Source: Fistulifera solaris (taxonomy: Eukaryota). Taken from it: 64,000 nt of DNA. A model generated the notes under the pieces. It was not told the DNA's origin. It saw only the letters and a program-made list of their open reading frames with translations, and ran no database searches. Both the position numbers and the translations under genes were made by a program. Position 1 is the first letter of the stretch. Every line of letters starts with the position of its first letter. Where the stretch lies: contig AP026162.1 of assembly GCA_030295235.1 (NCBI GenBank), positions 2,604,001-2,668,000 of the forward strand. Reading direction: 5' to 3'. Positions 12,577 through 25,257 of the stretch are shown here, in pieces.

Positions 12577-13376
12577 GTTCCAGGAAGCGAAAGGTAGGAT
12601 ATGTTGATAGACGGCAAGTCGAGTAATAGGAACGTTTCATTCATTCATTCATTCATTCATTCAACAACACGGATCTTCGTTTCCAGTCCATCAAAAACGG
12701 CGCGCCACGAAAGATCTTCTACTGTATGCAGCATTCGGAACGATACGGAATCCGGATGGTACAGTCAACTATCGTTAAGTAATCGTCAAACACGTTCTCT
12801 AAGAGTGTCCATTGGACACTTCACATCTATAGTCGAGTCTTGGCGGAATGTCACTATCGAACTGAATGTAGTAGTGGACGACGACGCTCGGTTTTGTTTA
12901 CTCGCGGGTTGAAGTGGGTCGGAGCAATGGCGCAACCGTCTGTCATTCGTCACAACGAAGCATTGGCGAAACGAACTCGAACCTTAGCACTTTCCATCCG
13001 TTCCTTAGAATGATCATTACCGATCCGAAAATGGCTCATTTCTTTCTCGTTGGAACGAGCCACTTGAAGCATCAAAAAGCATTCCAAGGAGTAATAACCT
13101 GTGTTTGTACATTCTTTGTTGGACTGGTCGTCGTTCCTGTAGCAGCGGGTCGTCCCACTCGTTCGATCAAGACTGCAATGATACCGAAATGAATTCCACT
13201 CGACGACTGGGACGAAACTGGCAAATGTCAAAATACACACTACTATAATTTATGTTTCAACGGATGATATTCATGGAACAACGGTAATGTTGTTCGACAT
13301 CATGTGCAGATAACCAACACCTGGCGTGTCTTTTCTTTTCATTCGGTTATTCAACTCAAAATTCCTCGACTGACAT

Positions 13377-13768
13377 TTAGGCCTTCGTGTTACAAGTACC
13401 CGATCCCTCTGGATCACTCGGATCCCTCAGTACACATACTTTACTGGGAGAAACAGCTTGAGCGGTGATGGATATTCGAAACCCGTTAAGCAAGCGTTCG
13501 GAGTCACTTACTTTCGAGCGCAAATCAAGTCTCGTCGACACGTGAAAGTGATAAAATCATCCAAGGCACACACCAAACAATCCTTATCTTGCGATCGGGG
13601 AAAACACTGTCCTCCATTACTTCCACACGATTGACCGAACGTCGTGCATTCGGTCGAACAATCTCGATTTCCACAAAGGCCGAACAACAAGGCCTGCGCG
13701 GTCCTGCTGCAGAACGTCAAAACAAGCAAGAAGCGCGTAAGAAAAGATATGATTGATTGCATTGTCAT
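13377..13768 (-). CDS. Small secreted Cys-rich protein, subfamily A (copy A2); one intron
   Basis: Close paralog of A1 (AQALLFGLCGNRDCSTECTTFGQSC...FPRSQDKDCLVCALDDFI); exon 2 KVCVLRDPSDPEGSGTCNTKA. Confidence 0.85.
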
Positions 13769-14063
13769 GTAATATACGCCAGTAGGGGCCTAAAACGTCA
13801 TAGAACGGAATTGAAGATGATGATGGCAAATGAATGTTTCGATCTTTTTTTCGTTTTGTCGGGTGTTGACGTTGTTGTGGGTTGTTTGGGGTGTCAAGCG
13901 TGCATTTTTGTGAAGGGATGAAGGATGTCGGCTGTCCAGCAAAGAGTGCGAAATTTTTTCGCATCTTCGGGTATATCGATGTCATGAGTACATTACTGTA
14001 TTAAATGAACACGTCATAGATTTCTGTTGTGCTACAGCGATGAATGCAATATAACATGAGAAT

Positions 14064-14132
14064 GACGTTAAAATTCTGCCTCTCAGTACAAGTTTCTACG
14101 TAGAGCCTACGGCGAGGCAGAATTTTAACGTC
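14064..14132. repeat. Perfect 19-bp inverted repeat with a 31-nt spacer (possible MITE remnant)
   Basis: gacgttaaaattctgcctc ... gaggcagaattttaacgtc. Confidence 0.8.
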
Positions 14133-14717
14133 GTTTCCACGAAGAGGAGAGTCGTCGTGGAGAAATCATCGAACAAATCACGAGTCACGTGGCCCAAATA
14201 TGAATGCGCCTTTACCTTTAGCTAGAGCTAAAGAAAGCCATTCCAACATCTTTCGACTTTCGATCGTCTACCGTTTTGGACTCGCGGCTAGAAGCTATCA
14301 GTCGTGCTAATGTTAGGCCCACATATGAGACTCTTTTATGGATGGAAGTCGTCGTCCTGATGATAATTTTTAAAAAATGGCTAGTTTCAGGTTGTTGTAA
14401 ATTCCTCCCTCGTTTTCCGAACGATTAAGCCCGAAACACGCAAGGAAATACTCAATTTTATTTTAGTATCATGAAAAGTCAATCATACTTTAATCTTCAA
14501 GGAAAAAAGACTATATGGAATTTTTTTTGGCGAACCGAAGAACGCCACTCGATCACGCAGCATGAACGGCTACACGCAAAAAAAGTAACCAAACTTATCG
14601 TGTCTTTGAATATCCGTGCCAAAAATACCTTTCAATGCCGATGAGAAATCAATCGTCCTCGCATTGTGCAGAAACACTTTCGTCTCCATGTTGTTCCGTT
14701 CACTTCAATTGCCTTGG

Positions 14718-15112
14718 CTAGGCATTCGATGCACAAAATCCAGAGTCCTCTTCATCCAAATCATTCAACACGCATATTTCACTAAGAAACAAGAAAAGGC
14801 TTTGGGTGATATCGCTTTCCGAGCAAATGGCACGCACGACATAAGCAACAGATACTTACGCTCGATGGCAAATCACATCTCGTCGACACGGGAAACTAAC
14901 ACTATTATGTCTCACGCAAACCAAACAATCCTTATCATTGACTCTAGGAAAACACTCTCCCCGTTACTTCCGCAAGACTGGGCGAACGTTGTGCATTCGG
15001 TAGAGCATTCTCGGCTCCTTGAACAAAGGCCGAACAAGAAGGCGTGCACAGTCATGCTTGTGCAAGCCAAAACGACCAAGAAGCGCGCCGTGCAAGCTTG
15101 AATTGATTTCAT
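14718..15112 (-). CDS. Small secreted Cys-rich protein, subfamily A (copy A3); one intron, one frameshift near 14955
   Basis: HAFLFGLCSRSRECSTECTTFAQSCGSNG...FPRVNDKDCLVC...CRRDVIC; exon 2 EICVLNDLDEEDSGFCASNA. Confidence 0.78.
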
Positions 15113-15221
15113 TGTCGTGTAATTCATACAGGGCGTTGTAACATAAAGGAAAATGAAGTATAATATGGAGTATTATTCATTGTTTTGTCCTAATAGTAAA
15201 AGCAACGAAAATCCGACGCAC

Positions 15222-18200
15222 AACGAGAGTTATTGATAGATTGAGTCACGAGTTACGATTCAACGTATGACGGACTTACGTCAGTGTATTGGCGAGCAAT
15301 CTTGTTCGAACGTAAGAAGTAGGATGATAATTATATAGTGTGTAGTGAGTTACCGATTGGCTTTGTTATCGAAGTTGATCTTGTTATTGCGGTTATTCAT
15401 TGGATAATCGCTCAGAGGAACGTTTATCTTCGCTGGTTATGAGCCCAGTTCACGCCGATTGGATTTGATTCGATTGAAAAGCGTGAATCTGAGTGTGTTG
15501 AAGTCATTCTCTCTGGTGGATGACTGATCGTGGAGAAGAAGAGGAAAGCCTTCCATCGTTACAGGAAGAAGAAGAGGAGCCCGACAGGCTTCATTTGAAC
15601 GTTTTCTGGCAAGGAGAAAGAGATTCGGATTCGGATTCGGAGTCGGAAGAAGAAGAAGAAAAGGATTCGGATTCGGAGTCGGAAGAAGAAGAAGAAAAGA
15701 TGGCCGACGACGATAATTTGGACTATTTGAGCCAGAAACTTCGGAGTTGCTCTGGCGACCGACCGTACCACCCAGGAAGTTAAGAAGAAGAAACCTTTGG
15801 TCGAAGCTAAGGATCGAGAAAGTATGAAGCCGAAGGAGAAGTCCCAGCTGCATGAAATTGCTACGGCGGGCATCGGAAACGAAGTTCGAGATCATGGATT
15901 CGATCAATTTGAATGATGGAGAAGCGGTTGCGACTCTGTCGAAGGCATACCGTGTTGATTTACGCATCGCTGAAGTTCGTGCGGTGGCGAACGATACGAC
16001 ATGGATGATGTTTTTCAGATTCCGCTCGGAGTTTGTGGCGCACCCGGATTTTTCGGTGCCGATTCCGACCGCACGCAGCGAAATGGTAAATTTGTTTACT
16101 GGATATTACAAGTTGGATATGGATACTATCAAGAAAGCTTGTGATTTCTACGCGGTGCAAGGTGCAGATTGGCAGGTCGAGAATTTGCAATGGACCGGGA
16201 ATTGATCCTCAACTGTTGCTCGCCCGACTTGCGAACTCTGATTGAGACACAGGCCCAGAGTGTACCCTACGGAAAAGAGGCGGCCTACCAGAGCGGGCCG
16301 GTCTACTTTAAGATGATGATGGATTACGTTATCGTGCGTGATTCGTCGGCTATCCGAGGGCTTATCAGTCAGTTCGAGTCGACACGGTTAAGAACTTTCC
16401 GGGAGAAAATGTGCGCGACTATAATACGGTTGCGGTGGGCGTTTACAATATGCTCGCAACTTCGATGAACTTATCGGCTAATGCGGCGATTCCGGATATG
16501 GCGAAGCTTGTGAAGCGTGGATTGATCGCGAGCTCTACCGGAGTTTAATAGCGATTTGACAGCCCATTCGGTGCTATTGGGACGCGATTGTACCGTTGAG
16601 GCTTTGACCGATAAAGCCAACGAGTTGTATTCTGGCTTATTGGGAGCAAGTCTTTGGGTTGCTGGCGATGGAAAGCAAAGCGACTCTGGATTCTTTGCCG
16701 GGAACTGCTATGAGTGCGGTGAGAAAGGACACAAGTCTGTCGATTGTCCGAAGAAGAAGAAGGACGGCGATGGAAATAACAACTCTGGCAACCGTGGTTC
16801 GGGCAATGGTCGTGGAAATGGCCGTGGTGGACGCGGAGGCCGTGGAGGAGGTCGTGGTGGTCGTGGCGGACGCGGTGGTGGAAGAGGCGGAGGCGATTCG
16901 AACGGTTCGAATGACAAGAAAGAAAAGGATCCCTTCAGTACCCCGCCCAAGAAAGGCGAAAGTCACACGAAGACCATCAATGGAAAGACTTACCATTGGT
17001 GTGGACGGTGCAATCGCGGGTCGATCACGACACGACCAGCATCGAGCTATGTTAGCGTTAAAAGCGAGCGAACCTTCGGATACCAAGTCGTCTGACAAGT
17101 CGGATGACAAGAAGGAGTCCGGAAACTTCGCAGGGCGCTTTGACGCCAGCGTTTTTAATGGGCCGCTTCAGTGGTTTTCTGGACCACTGGAGCAGATGGC
17201 CCAAACTCTCCAGAATTGGAAAGGAGTTTATGAAGACAAGCTTCCGAAGCAAGCTCGGGATTATTGGGCTGTTACTTTGGTTGCTTATGGTTGGAGTTAT
17301 GATTTTCGAAGCGATTGTCGATGGTTCGTGTTCGGCCGATTGTTTTGATGGAAATGCCACTTCGCTTGCATTTTATGGCGGAGGGTGTGTTAGGATTTGG
17401 TTCTGTTGCCCCAGTTTGGTTTGACGTTACACGCAGACCGATTGTGCGCGACAGAGAGAGAGTTGGAAAGAAGAAGCGACGTCGTCGCTTGCCGTGGTTT
17501 CGCGAGGAGCAAGACTCGGGAGTCAAAACGCGTCACGAAACGTCCTGGATTCCTAGGAGACGAGATTTCTGAGTGGATTAAAGGATGGGCAGATATACCC
17601 GTTCGCTATGTTCCTCACGATTCCTGAGATGTTCGATGAAGCGTACGTGCCAATCCTGAATTTTTGGATCTCCTCTGTGGTTTTGGTCGATTCAAATGGC
17701 TACGGTGCCTCTCGTTGACAGAAAATCTGGCATTGACAGACAATCTGGTTACATGCTTAGCGACACTCAAGCCGCTTACGTACAACAATCTGAGTCCTGT
17801 TGATGGATGTGTTCAATTACAGAGCGTCTACTTTGGTGCAATGAATGATACTTCTATTGTGTTCGATACTGGCGCGTCAACTGGTGTTACCCCACATCAC
17901 GATGATTTTATTGATTTCACTCTGAGTGATTCGTCTTTGACCGGGATCGCTCAGCAAGCACGAAGTTCGTGGTTCGGGTACTGTTTCCTGGACGGTTCGA
18001 GATGATACTGGACAAGAGCATGCATTGAAAACGCGGGCTCTTTATGTGCCTGACGCTCAAGTTCGCTCTTTAGTCCACAAGTGCATTTGCAGCTCGAAGC
18101 TAGAGGGGGTCGTGGTGAATTTCGGAGTCACGGAAAAGGGTTCTGTCTTTCGATTTCCTTTTACGAAGAAGTCGTTGACGTTCCATGCGACACATGACCG

Positions 18201-21200
18201 ACTTCCCGATTGCACGTTTAGCGACGGATGCTGTTGACGACCTCTCTGCGTTTTCCGAGTTTTACGCCGCCTCAGGTTGCGGTGGAAGAAAATGTCCATC
18301 TTTCACCGGGCAGTGCGAGTTGAAACTGTTACACGATCGTTTGGGACACTTTAATTTCCCTTGGATTCAGCGACTCACGCGAGTTCGAGAGGGGGATAGA
18401 GTGCAGGAGCCCATTTTGCGAACAAAATACAAGTCTACGCCCTCTTGTGCGCCGCCGATCTGTGCTTCGTGTCAGTTTGGCAAGGCAAAACGAAAGGCTA
18501 TTGGAACGGAAAACAAGTCGAAAGTCCCAGAGAGAGATGGTTCGTTGAAAGAAGGTATCTTGACGCCAGGTCAGATGGTATCGACGGATCAGTACGTGTC
18601 AAGTGTGTCGGGTCGACGATCGCATACTTACGGGAAAGAGCAAGAGCAAGACAAGTTCAAGTGTGGGACAATCTTTGTGGATACGGCTACGACGTACCTG
18701 TATGTCGAAAATCAAGTGTCCACGTCGTCAACGGAAACTATTCGATCAAAACATATGTTCGAGAGAGAGCCTCGTTCGTATGGAGTTGAAGTCAAGGAGT
18801 ACCAGCGCAGATTTAGGAGTGTTCAAGTCGCAGGAATTTCTGAAGGATTTGGAGTTGCAAGGACAGCGAATCCATTTCTCCGGTGTCGGTGCACACCATC
18901 AGAACGGAATTGCAGAGAACGCGATCCGAACTGTGACAGAAAGCGCGAGGACGATGCTACTGCACGCGATGATTCACTGGCCAAGCGAAACGTCCGGTGG
19001 ACTTATGGCCATTTGCGGTAGACTATGCGGTGTACTTATGGAACAGGTTACCGAAGCAGGATTCGGGACTTGCACCGGTCGAGCTACTGTCTGGAGTTAC
19101 GATGGATATGAGTGTACTTCAGCGAATGAGAGTGTTCGGATGTCCGTGCTACGTTCTGGATACTAGGATTCAAGACGGAAAGAAATTACCGAAGTGGAAG
19201 CCGAAAAGTCGAAGAGGTCAGTTCTTGGGAATGTCGAAGCGACACGCAAGTACAATTGGGCTTATTAGGAATTTGAGAACGGGAGCGGTTTCGCCACAGT
19301 TTCACGTGGTGTACGATGACAAGTTCACGACGATTCCGTTGGTTCCGAAACCTGATGTCGAAGAGCCCGAACCAAAGGATTGGGAAGAGTTACTTACATT
19401 TAGCCGAGATAAAGTTGAACCCGAGGATGGACAAGAATTACCTTTGCTACACGAGGATTGGTTGACTGACGAAGAAAAGAAACAGAGAGAGTTGTTAATT
19501 CGACGACAAACACAAGAGAGAAACTTGGCTCCGGGACCTCGCCATCGAGAACCGAGAGTCGAGCCGAATCAGATTCATGCGGATCAAGATCAAGATGAAG
19601 TTCCTATGTTTGCTCCAGAGAGAGATGATAGTGATGATGAGGATGTGGAAGAACCTGCTCCTCGTCGAAGTGAGAGACCGCTGACGTTGGAATCGCGAAG
19701 TATTACGGTTCCGATTTCGTAAATCGGCCTGTTAGTCGTGGAAGATTTTATGGGCCCGACGACGATGACAACATTGAAGAAGTTTATATTGCTGAGCGCG
19801 ATATGACGAAATTCGGAAAGGAGACCGAGTCTGAGCTGATAGAGAAAGTACAGAAAGAGTTTGGTCTTCCGTCGGAGAATGAAGCTTTTCTGGCGAGTCT
19901 GGATTTTGATGGGGACATCTTGTCGCGAGGGAAATTGGGGTGCGCATGCTTTGTTGATGCGATCGAACGTCGATGAGGACGGATTGCTCGATGATTTGCA
20001 TCCTTTGGCGTTTGCTAAAGCGAACAACGAAGACACTCCGAATTACCACCAAGCCGATGAATGGACCGAATAGTGAGGGCTATCGTCAGCGATGGTCGAA
20101 GAGATCGAGTCGTTGGAAAGTTTGGATCCTTGGGACGTGGTTCCGAGATCTGACGCAGTTGAAAAGGGAGCGAATATCTTGCCGAGCACTTGGGCGTTCA
20201 AATGCAAAAAGATACCCCGATGGTCGGATCAAGAAATTTAAGGCAAGATGGTGCATTCGCGGAGATCGTCAAATTGAGGGCGCTGATTTCTTTGAGACGT
20301 ATGCCCCAGTGGTTTCGTGGAGTACCGCTCGTTTGCTGTTGATTCTGTCGATCGTCTTGGGCTTGGCTACGAAGCAAGTCGACTATACGTTGGCGTTTGT
20401 GCAGGCTGACCTGAACGAGGAAGTGTTCTGTGAGATGCCGAAAGGATTCGAGCGTCCGGGATAATGCGTGTTGAGATTGAAGAAAAGTGTTTATGGGTTA
20501 AGACAGAGTCCCTTGAACTTCTTTAATTGTTTGAAGAAGGGATTGGAAGATCGAGGATTTGTTCAGTCGAAGAATGAACCTTGTTTGTTTATGTCGAGAA
20601 AAGTTGTTTGCTTGACTTACGTTGATGATTGCCTGTTCTTCGCGACGTGAGGAACGCGACATCGATGCAGTGATTGACGATCTGGCGAACAACGAAAAGT
20701 TCCAGAGATTTCAGTTGAATATTGAAGACGATGTTGCTGGATTTCTTGGGATTTTGATTCAAAGAAAGGAAGATGGATCGATTGAGCTTTTGCAAAAGGG
20801 ATTGATTGATCGGATTTTAGTCACGATGGGTTTACAGGATTGTCGGACGAGTTCGACTCCTGCTGAATCGAAAACGCTTGGAAAGGATTCTGATGGAGAA
20901 GACTGTGTTGAGAAGTGGTCATATGCCTCAGTTGTCGGAATGATGATGTATTTGGCGTCGAAATCACGACCAGATATTGCGTTTGCGGTGCATCAATGTG
21001 CTAGGTTCACGCACTGCCCGAAACGAATAGCATTGAAACGAATTGGTCGTTATTTGAAAGCAACGAGTGATCGAGGGATGATTATTCGTCCGGATAAGGA
21101 CTTGAGATTGGATCTTTACGTGGATGCCGATTTCGCGGGATTATGGAATTCCGAAGACGCGAACGATCCTACGAGTGTGAAAAGTCGTACTGGGTATGTT

Positions 21201-21908
21201 ATTACGCTTGGAGGTGTTCCGGTGCTTTGGGGATCTAAGTTGCAAAGTGAGATTTCGTTGTCTACTACGGAAGCGGAATTTATCGCAGCGTCTATGGCAA
21301 TGAGACAGTTGTTACCCGTACGCGAAGTTATGGAAGAGCTGACGGAGCATTTCAAGATCGAGCGGAGTGCAGAGTCTACTGTTTCTATTGTGTGGGAAGA
21401 CAACAATGGAGCGCTTACTATGATGAACAACTCTTATCCAAAGATGACCCCTCGGACAAAGCATATTGCTTGCAAGTATTGGTGGTTCATTTCGCATATC
21501 AAAGATGGAGAGATCGAAGCGAGACGAATCGATACAGCTGAGCAGAAGGCGGATATATTTACGAAGGGCTTGTCGAAAGGAGAGTTCGAAACAAAGCGCA
21601 GGTTATTGATGGGTTGGTGAGACTCGTCGAAGTTATATGTGTTTAGAGAGATTTAGGATTTTAGGAAGAAGTTCGAAGCTACGATTGAGAGAGAGAACGA
21701 GAGTTATTGATAGATTGAGTCACGAGTTACGATTCAACGTATGACGGACTTACGTCAGTGTATTGGCGAGCAATCTTGTTCGAACGTAAGAAGTAGGATG
21801 ATAATTATATAGTGTGTAGTGAGTTACCGATTGGCTTTGTTATCGAAGTTGATCTTGTTATTGCGGTTATTCATTGGATAATCGCTCAGAGGAACGTTTA
21901 TCTTCGCT
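15222..21908 (+). mobile_element. Full-length Ty1/copia (CoDi-type) LTR retrotransposon 1
   Basis: 213-bp LTRs at 15222-15434 and 21696-21908, apparently identical; TSD CGCAC; PBS ggttatgagccc; PPT gagagagag; gag-PR-INT-RT-RH order. Confidence 0.96.
15700..21620 (+). CDS. Copia 1 gag-pol, broken by many frameshifts (start approximate)
   Basis: CYECGEKGHKSVDC knuckle; protease IVFDTGAS; integrase HDRLGH...CASC and HQNGIAE; RT FETYAPVV, LKKSVYGLRQSP, YVDD; RNase H YVDADFAG, EDNNGA, QKADIFTK. Confidence 0.9.
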
Positions 21909-22201
21909 CGCACGGCGGCAAGAGATCCAATAAACTTCGTTAACCTTTACCCTTAAACTCTTACTGGTATTTGCAACAACGTTCACTCTATCGTCGACGA
22001 TTATAATTAATGTAAGAAAGAACGATCAGTAGTTGTAAACATGGCTCAGTTTCCATTACTCTCACTCAAGAAAAAAGCGTAGCTTTAACCTGACTTTAAA
22101 CTTAAATAAAATAGAATGCTACATTTCGGATTCTTTTGTAATCTAGAAAAGAATGATTGTCGTCATAATACTCTCTAGCGGACCATTCTTGGGCAAACCA
22201 A

Positions 22202-22588
22202 TCAGGCTCTTCGAAAGCATGTCCCGGCTTGTCCTTCATCAGGATTTTGGTATTCGGACACACATACTTTGCTGGGACCGTCCGAAACAACAGTGATCAA
22301 TACTTAGATGATACAAGAGAGCGACGATGACACATCGAAGAAAACGTACCCCGGAGCACAAATAAAATCGCTTAGACATTTGATTCCAAGTCCTCCAAAC
22401 GATGTGCACACCATACATTTGCTGTCTCCAAATCTATAATAACATTGCTCATCATTACTTCCGCAAGGTTGACGGTAATACGTGCATTCCGCGTCGCAAT
22501 CCGTGCTGGAGCACAAATCGAACAGCTGAGCATGAGAGGTCGTCCCCAAAATTAGAGACAGCGTTGCGAAAGTGATAAATTGGTGCAT
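22202..22588 (-). CDS. Small secreted Cys-rich protein, subfamily A (divergent copy A4); one intron
   Basis: MHQFITFATLSLILGTTSHA-QLFDLC...DCDAEC...CMVC...CLSDFIC; exon 2 KVCVSEYQNPDEGQAGTCFRRA; same Cys pattern as A1. Confidence 0.82.
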
Positions 22589-23111
22589 TTCTTGTTTGTT
22601 CAATGCATGAAGGGTTAAGCCATCTCGTTTTGTATGATTGATTGGGTGCGGTGTCAACAGAGAGGGGGCACGATGCGCGAGAAAAGAGTATAAAGATCCA
22701 GCAAAAATCTTTTTGTTCGGCTGGAGATGGTCGCCGCAGTTATTCGAAAACAAAAACGGATGGTTTGACTATCGGGCATGATGTAGTGAAATTTTTCTCC
22801 AAATTCGGATACTGTTGTCAGCAGTACTCTTGTATATCAGAAAGACATCAGGGATCTTTCTGAATTGTTACTCGCGGAGAGAACATGAGTCTTGGTAAAT
22901 GGTACGGAGTAAATCGATAATCGATAATCGATTCATTCACTGGAAACATTTCACTCTCTTGTAACATGTAAAGTCAGCGTGCTGCGTGCTGCCACGTCTG
23001 ACAACTCACGGCCCCGCCGCCAGAAAATGAGGCCTTGATCTCGCGAGCATCATCAATAACTTCGCAGAAATTCTTTCACAAACAAAGATCGTAGCACAAA
23101 ACCAAACCAGA

Positions 23112-23827
23112 ATGAAAGCTTCGTCGTCCCCTTCTCTTTCCTATCACGAAGCAATCAATTCCTTCGTTGTTTTGATCGTGACGATTCCTGTGGAAAAGTC
23201 TTTGCCAACCGAACCGATCTCAAAGCGGCTGTGGACGAATACTTACAAGCACCTACCGGTCCTCCACCCAACTGCTGGGATGTCTCACGAGTCACCAGTT
23301 TTCGAGGACTCTTTGATACGACCGACTTTAACGAAGATATCAGTGATTGGGATACGTCCGCGGTGACGGATATGAGTTTCTTGTTCTTTGGTAATTCTGA
23401 CTTTAATCAAAACATTGGCGACTGGGACACATCCCTAGTCACCAACATGTTTTCCATGTTTTATGAGGCTACCGCCTTTGACCAAGACATAAGTGACTGG
23501 GATACTGCCAGAGTTACCAGCATGAATACCATGTTTCTTGAGGCCTCGAATTTCAATCAAGATATTGGAGACTGGGACACGTCCAAAGTGACCGCCATGA
23601 ACGCCATGTTCTTTAAGGCTACATCATTTAATCAAGACTTATCAGACTGGAACACTACCATCGTGACCAGCATGTACGAAATGTTTTCTGGTGCATCGGC
23701 CTTCAATCAAAACTTGTGTGCGTGGAAGGATGTGATCGCCACGAAAACGTTCATGTTTACGGATACCAGTTGTGCTCAACAAGGGACTCCCTCTGGCGAT
23801 TATATGTGTCGGTCCTGTAATAATTAG
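23112..23827 (+). CDS. DUF285/BspA-like repeat protein; probable frameshift near 23145
   Basis: Repeats of the form [20 protein letters not shown]; Cys-containing C-terminal cap NLCAWK...TDTSC...MCRSC. Confidence 0.9.
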
Positions 23828-24066
23828 GTTCGTTGTGAATCTCTGTCATAGATTTTGAACTTAGAATTACGCTCCCGGATAAACCAAATCGTTCAAACCA
23901 TGTTGATAACGATACGACAGATACTGATTTTCCAGTTAAGAGGCACGCGAGCCCAATTTGCGCCGCCTAATGTTTGTTATTGCCTTATTCATTGCCTTTC
24001 GTTCAATCATTGCTTTCGACTCGACTAGTTTTTCCTTATTCCTTCTCACAACAATCACAATCCGCA

Positions 24067-24765
24067 ATGACAATGACCGATGTAACAGCGACACCCAGCA
24101 AAGACGACAGTAAGAAATTACACTCAGCCGTCGAATTTGAACCCCCGCTCGCCTGTGTGCGACGACTCCTCAAACATTCGTTGCCCAGCTCGACGAATGT
24201 CGGAAAAGATGCATCGGCCGCATTTGCACGTGCTTGTGGTATCTTCATTATCTATTTGACGGCCTGTGCGAATGATTTTGCCCGTGAACACAAACGCCAA
24301 ACGATTACGGCCAATGATGTGCTCGCGGCGGTACAAGTAAGTGCGCTGCAAGGAACCGATGCTCATCTTTAACAGCGTTTCCCTCACTTTTTCTTGTTAG
24401 GAACTTGACTTTGATTCCTTTACACCCGAAATGACGTCGTTTTTGGAATCCTATCGTCAAACCGAAAAGAAAAAGAAAAGATGAGAAAAGCGGCCGCTAA
24501 GAAAGAGGAAGAACAAGAAGGTCGAGACGGCGACGACGATGATGAAGAGGATGACGACGACGAAGAAGACGAGGAAGTGATAGAGGAGGAGGAAGATGAA
24601 GAGGAAGAAGAAATGTCACCGGAAATGAGGAAACGCAAGGACAGCGACGGGGAGAGTCATATGGATGAAGAATCATCGCCTTCGTCTCCTAAAAAGTTGA
24701 AGCTCTCGGATGAAGATGAAGTCGAAGTATCGGCCGAGGCAGAATCGGTAGCTGAGGAAGACTAG
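24067..24765 (+). CDS. Histone-fold protein of the NF-YB family, DNA polymerase epsilon subunit 3/DPB4/CHRAC17-like, with acidic tail; intron 24337-24400
   Basis: PLACVRRLLK...VGKDASAAFARACGIFIIYLTACANDFAREHKRQTITANDVLAAVQ-ELDF. Confidence 0.85.
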
Positions 24766-25257
24766 AATTTGTTTGATATACAAGTAATAGGCATTTGATA
24801 GGAGCATAAGATATTCCATTCGTTCTCTACAGACTTTATTTTTAATTCTATAAATAGATCGGCATACTCTCGTATACAGTCTCGCTTTTCAAACAAAATC
24901 TCGTACTGAGCCTGTCAAAAACCAAACAACTGTGAGACACTGTTTGTTTTCCAAAAATATCCATGCTACGGTTATCTCCCAACACGTAATGGCGCCAGAG
25001 CGCTCGTCCAGGAGTGGGAATGTAGCTCGCCAAACGGAGCTCGCCTAGTCCGTAAAAAGACCCAGCAAGCTCAACGATGGGAACTTGATTTAGAGCTTTC
25101 GGCGATCGCTTGTACCGCAGGAAATTTCGAAAACTAGACAGCTTTCGAATCAGCGCGAAAAAAGGCCAGTGACACTGCTATCTTTTACACGCCTGTGACA
25201 ACGTGTACGCGCAGGTCGAGCTCATTGTGAAAATGGAAAACAATTACTTTGACTCAC

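Noticed and set aside
12950..13240. Possible fifth, decayed subfamily A peptide gene
   Set aside because: A few Cys and a suitable position, but no signal peptide, conserved spacing or intron could be recovered.
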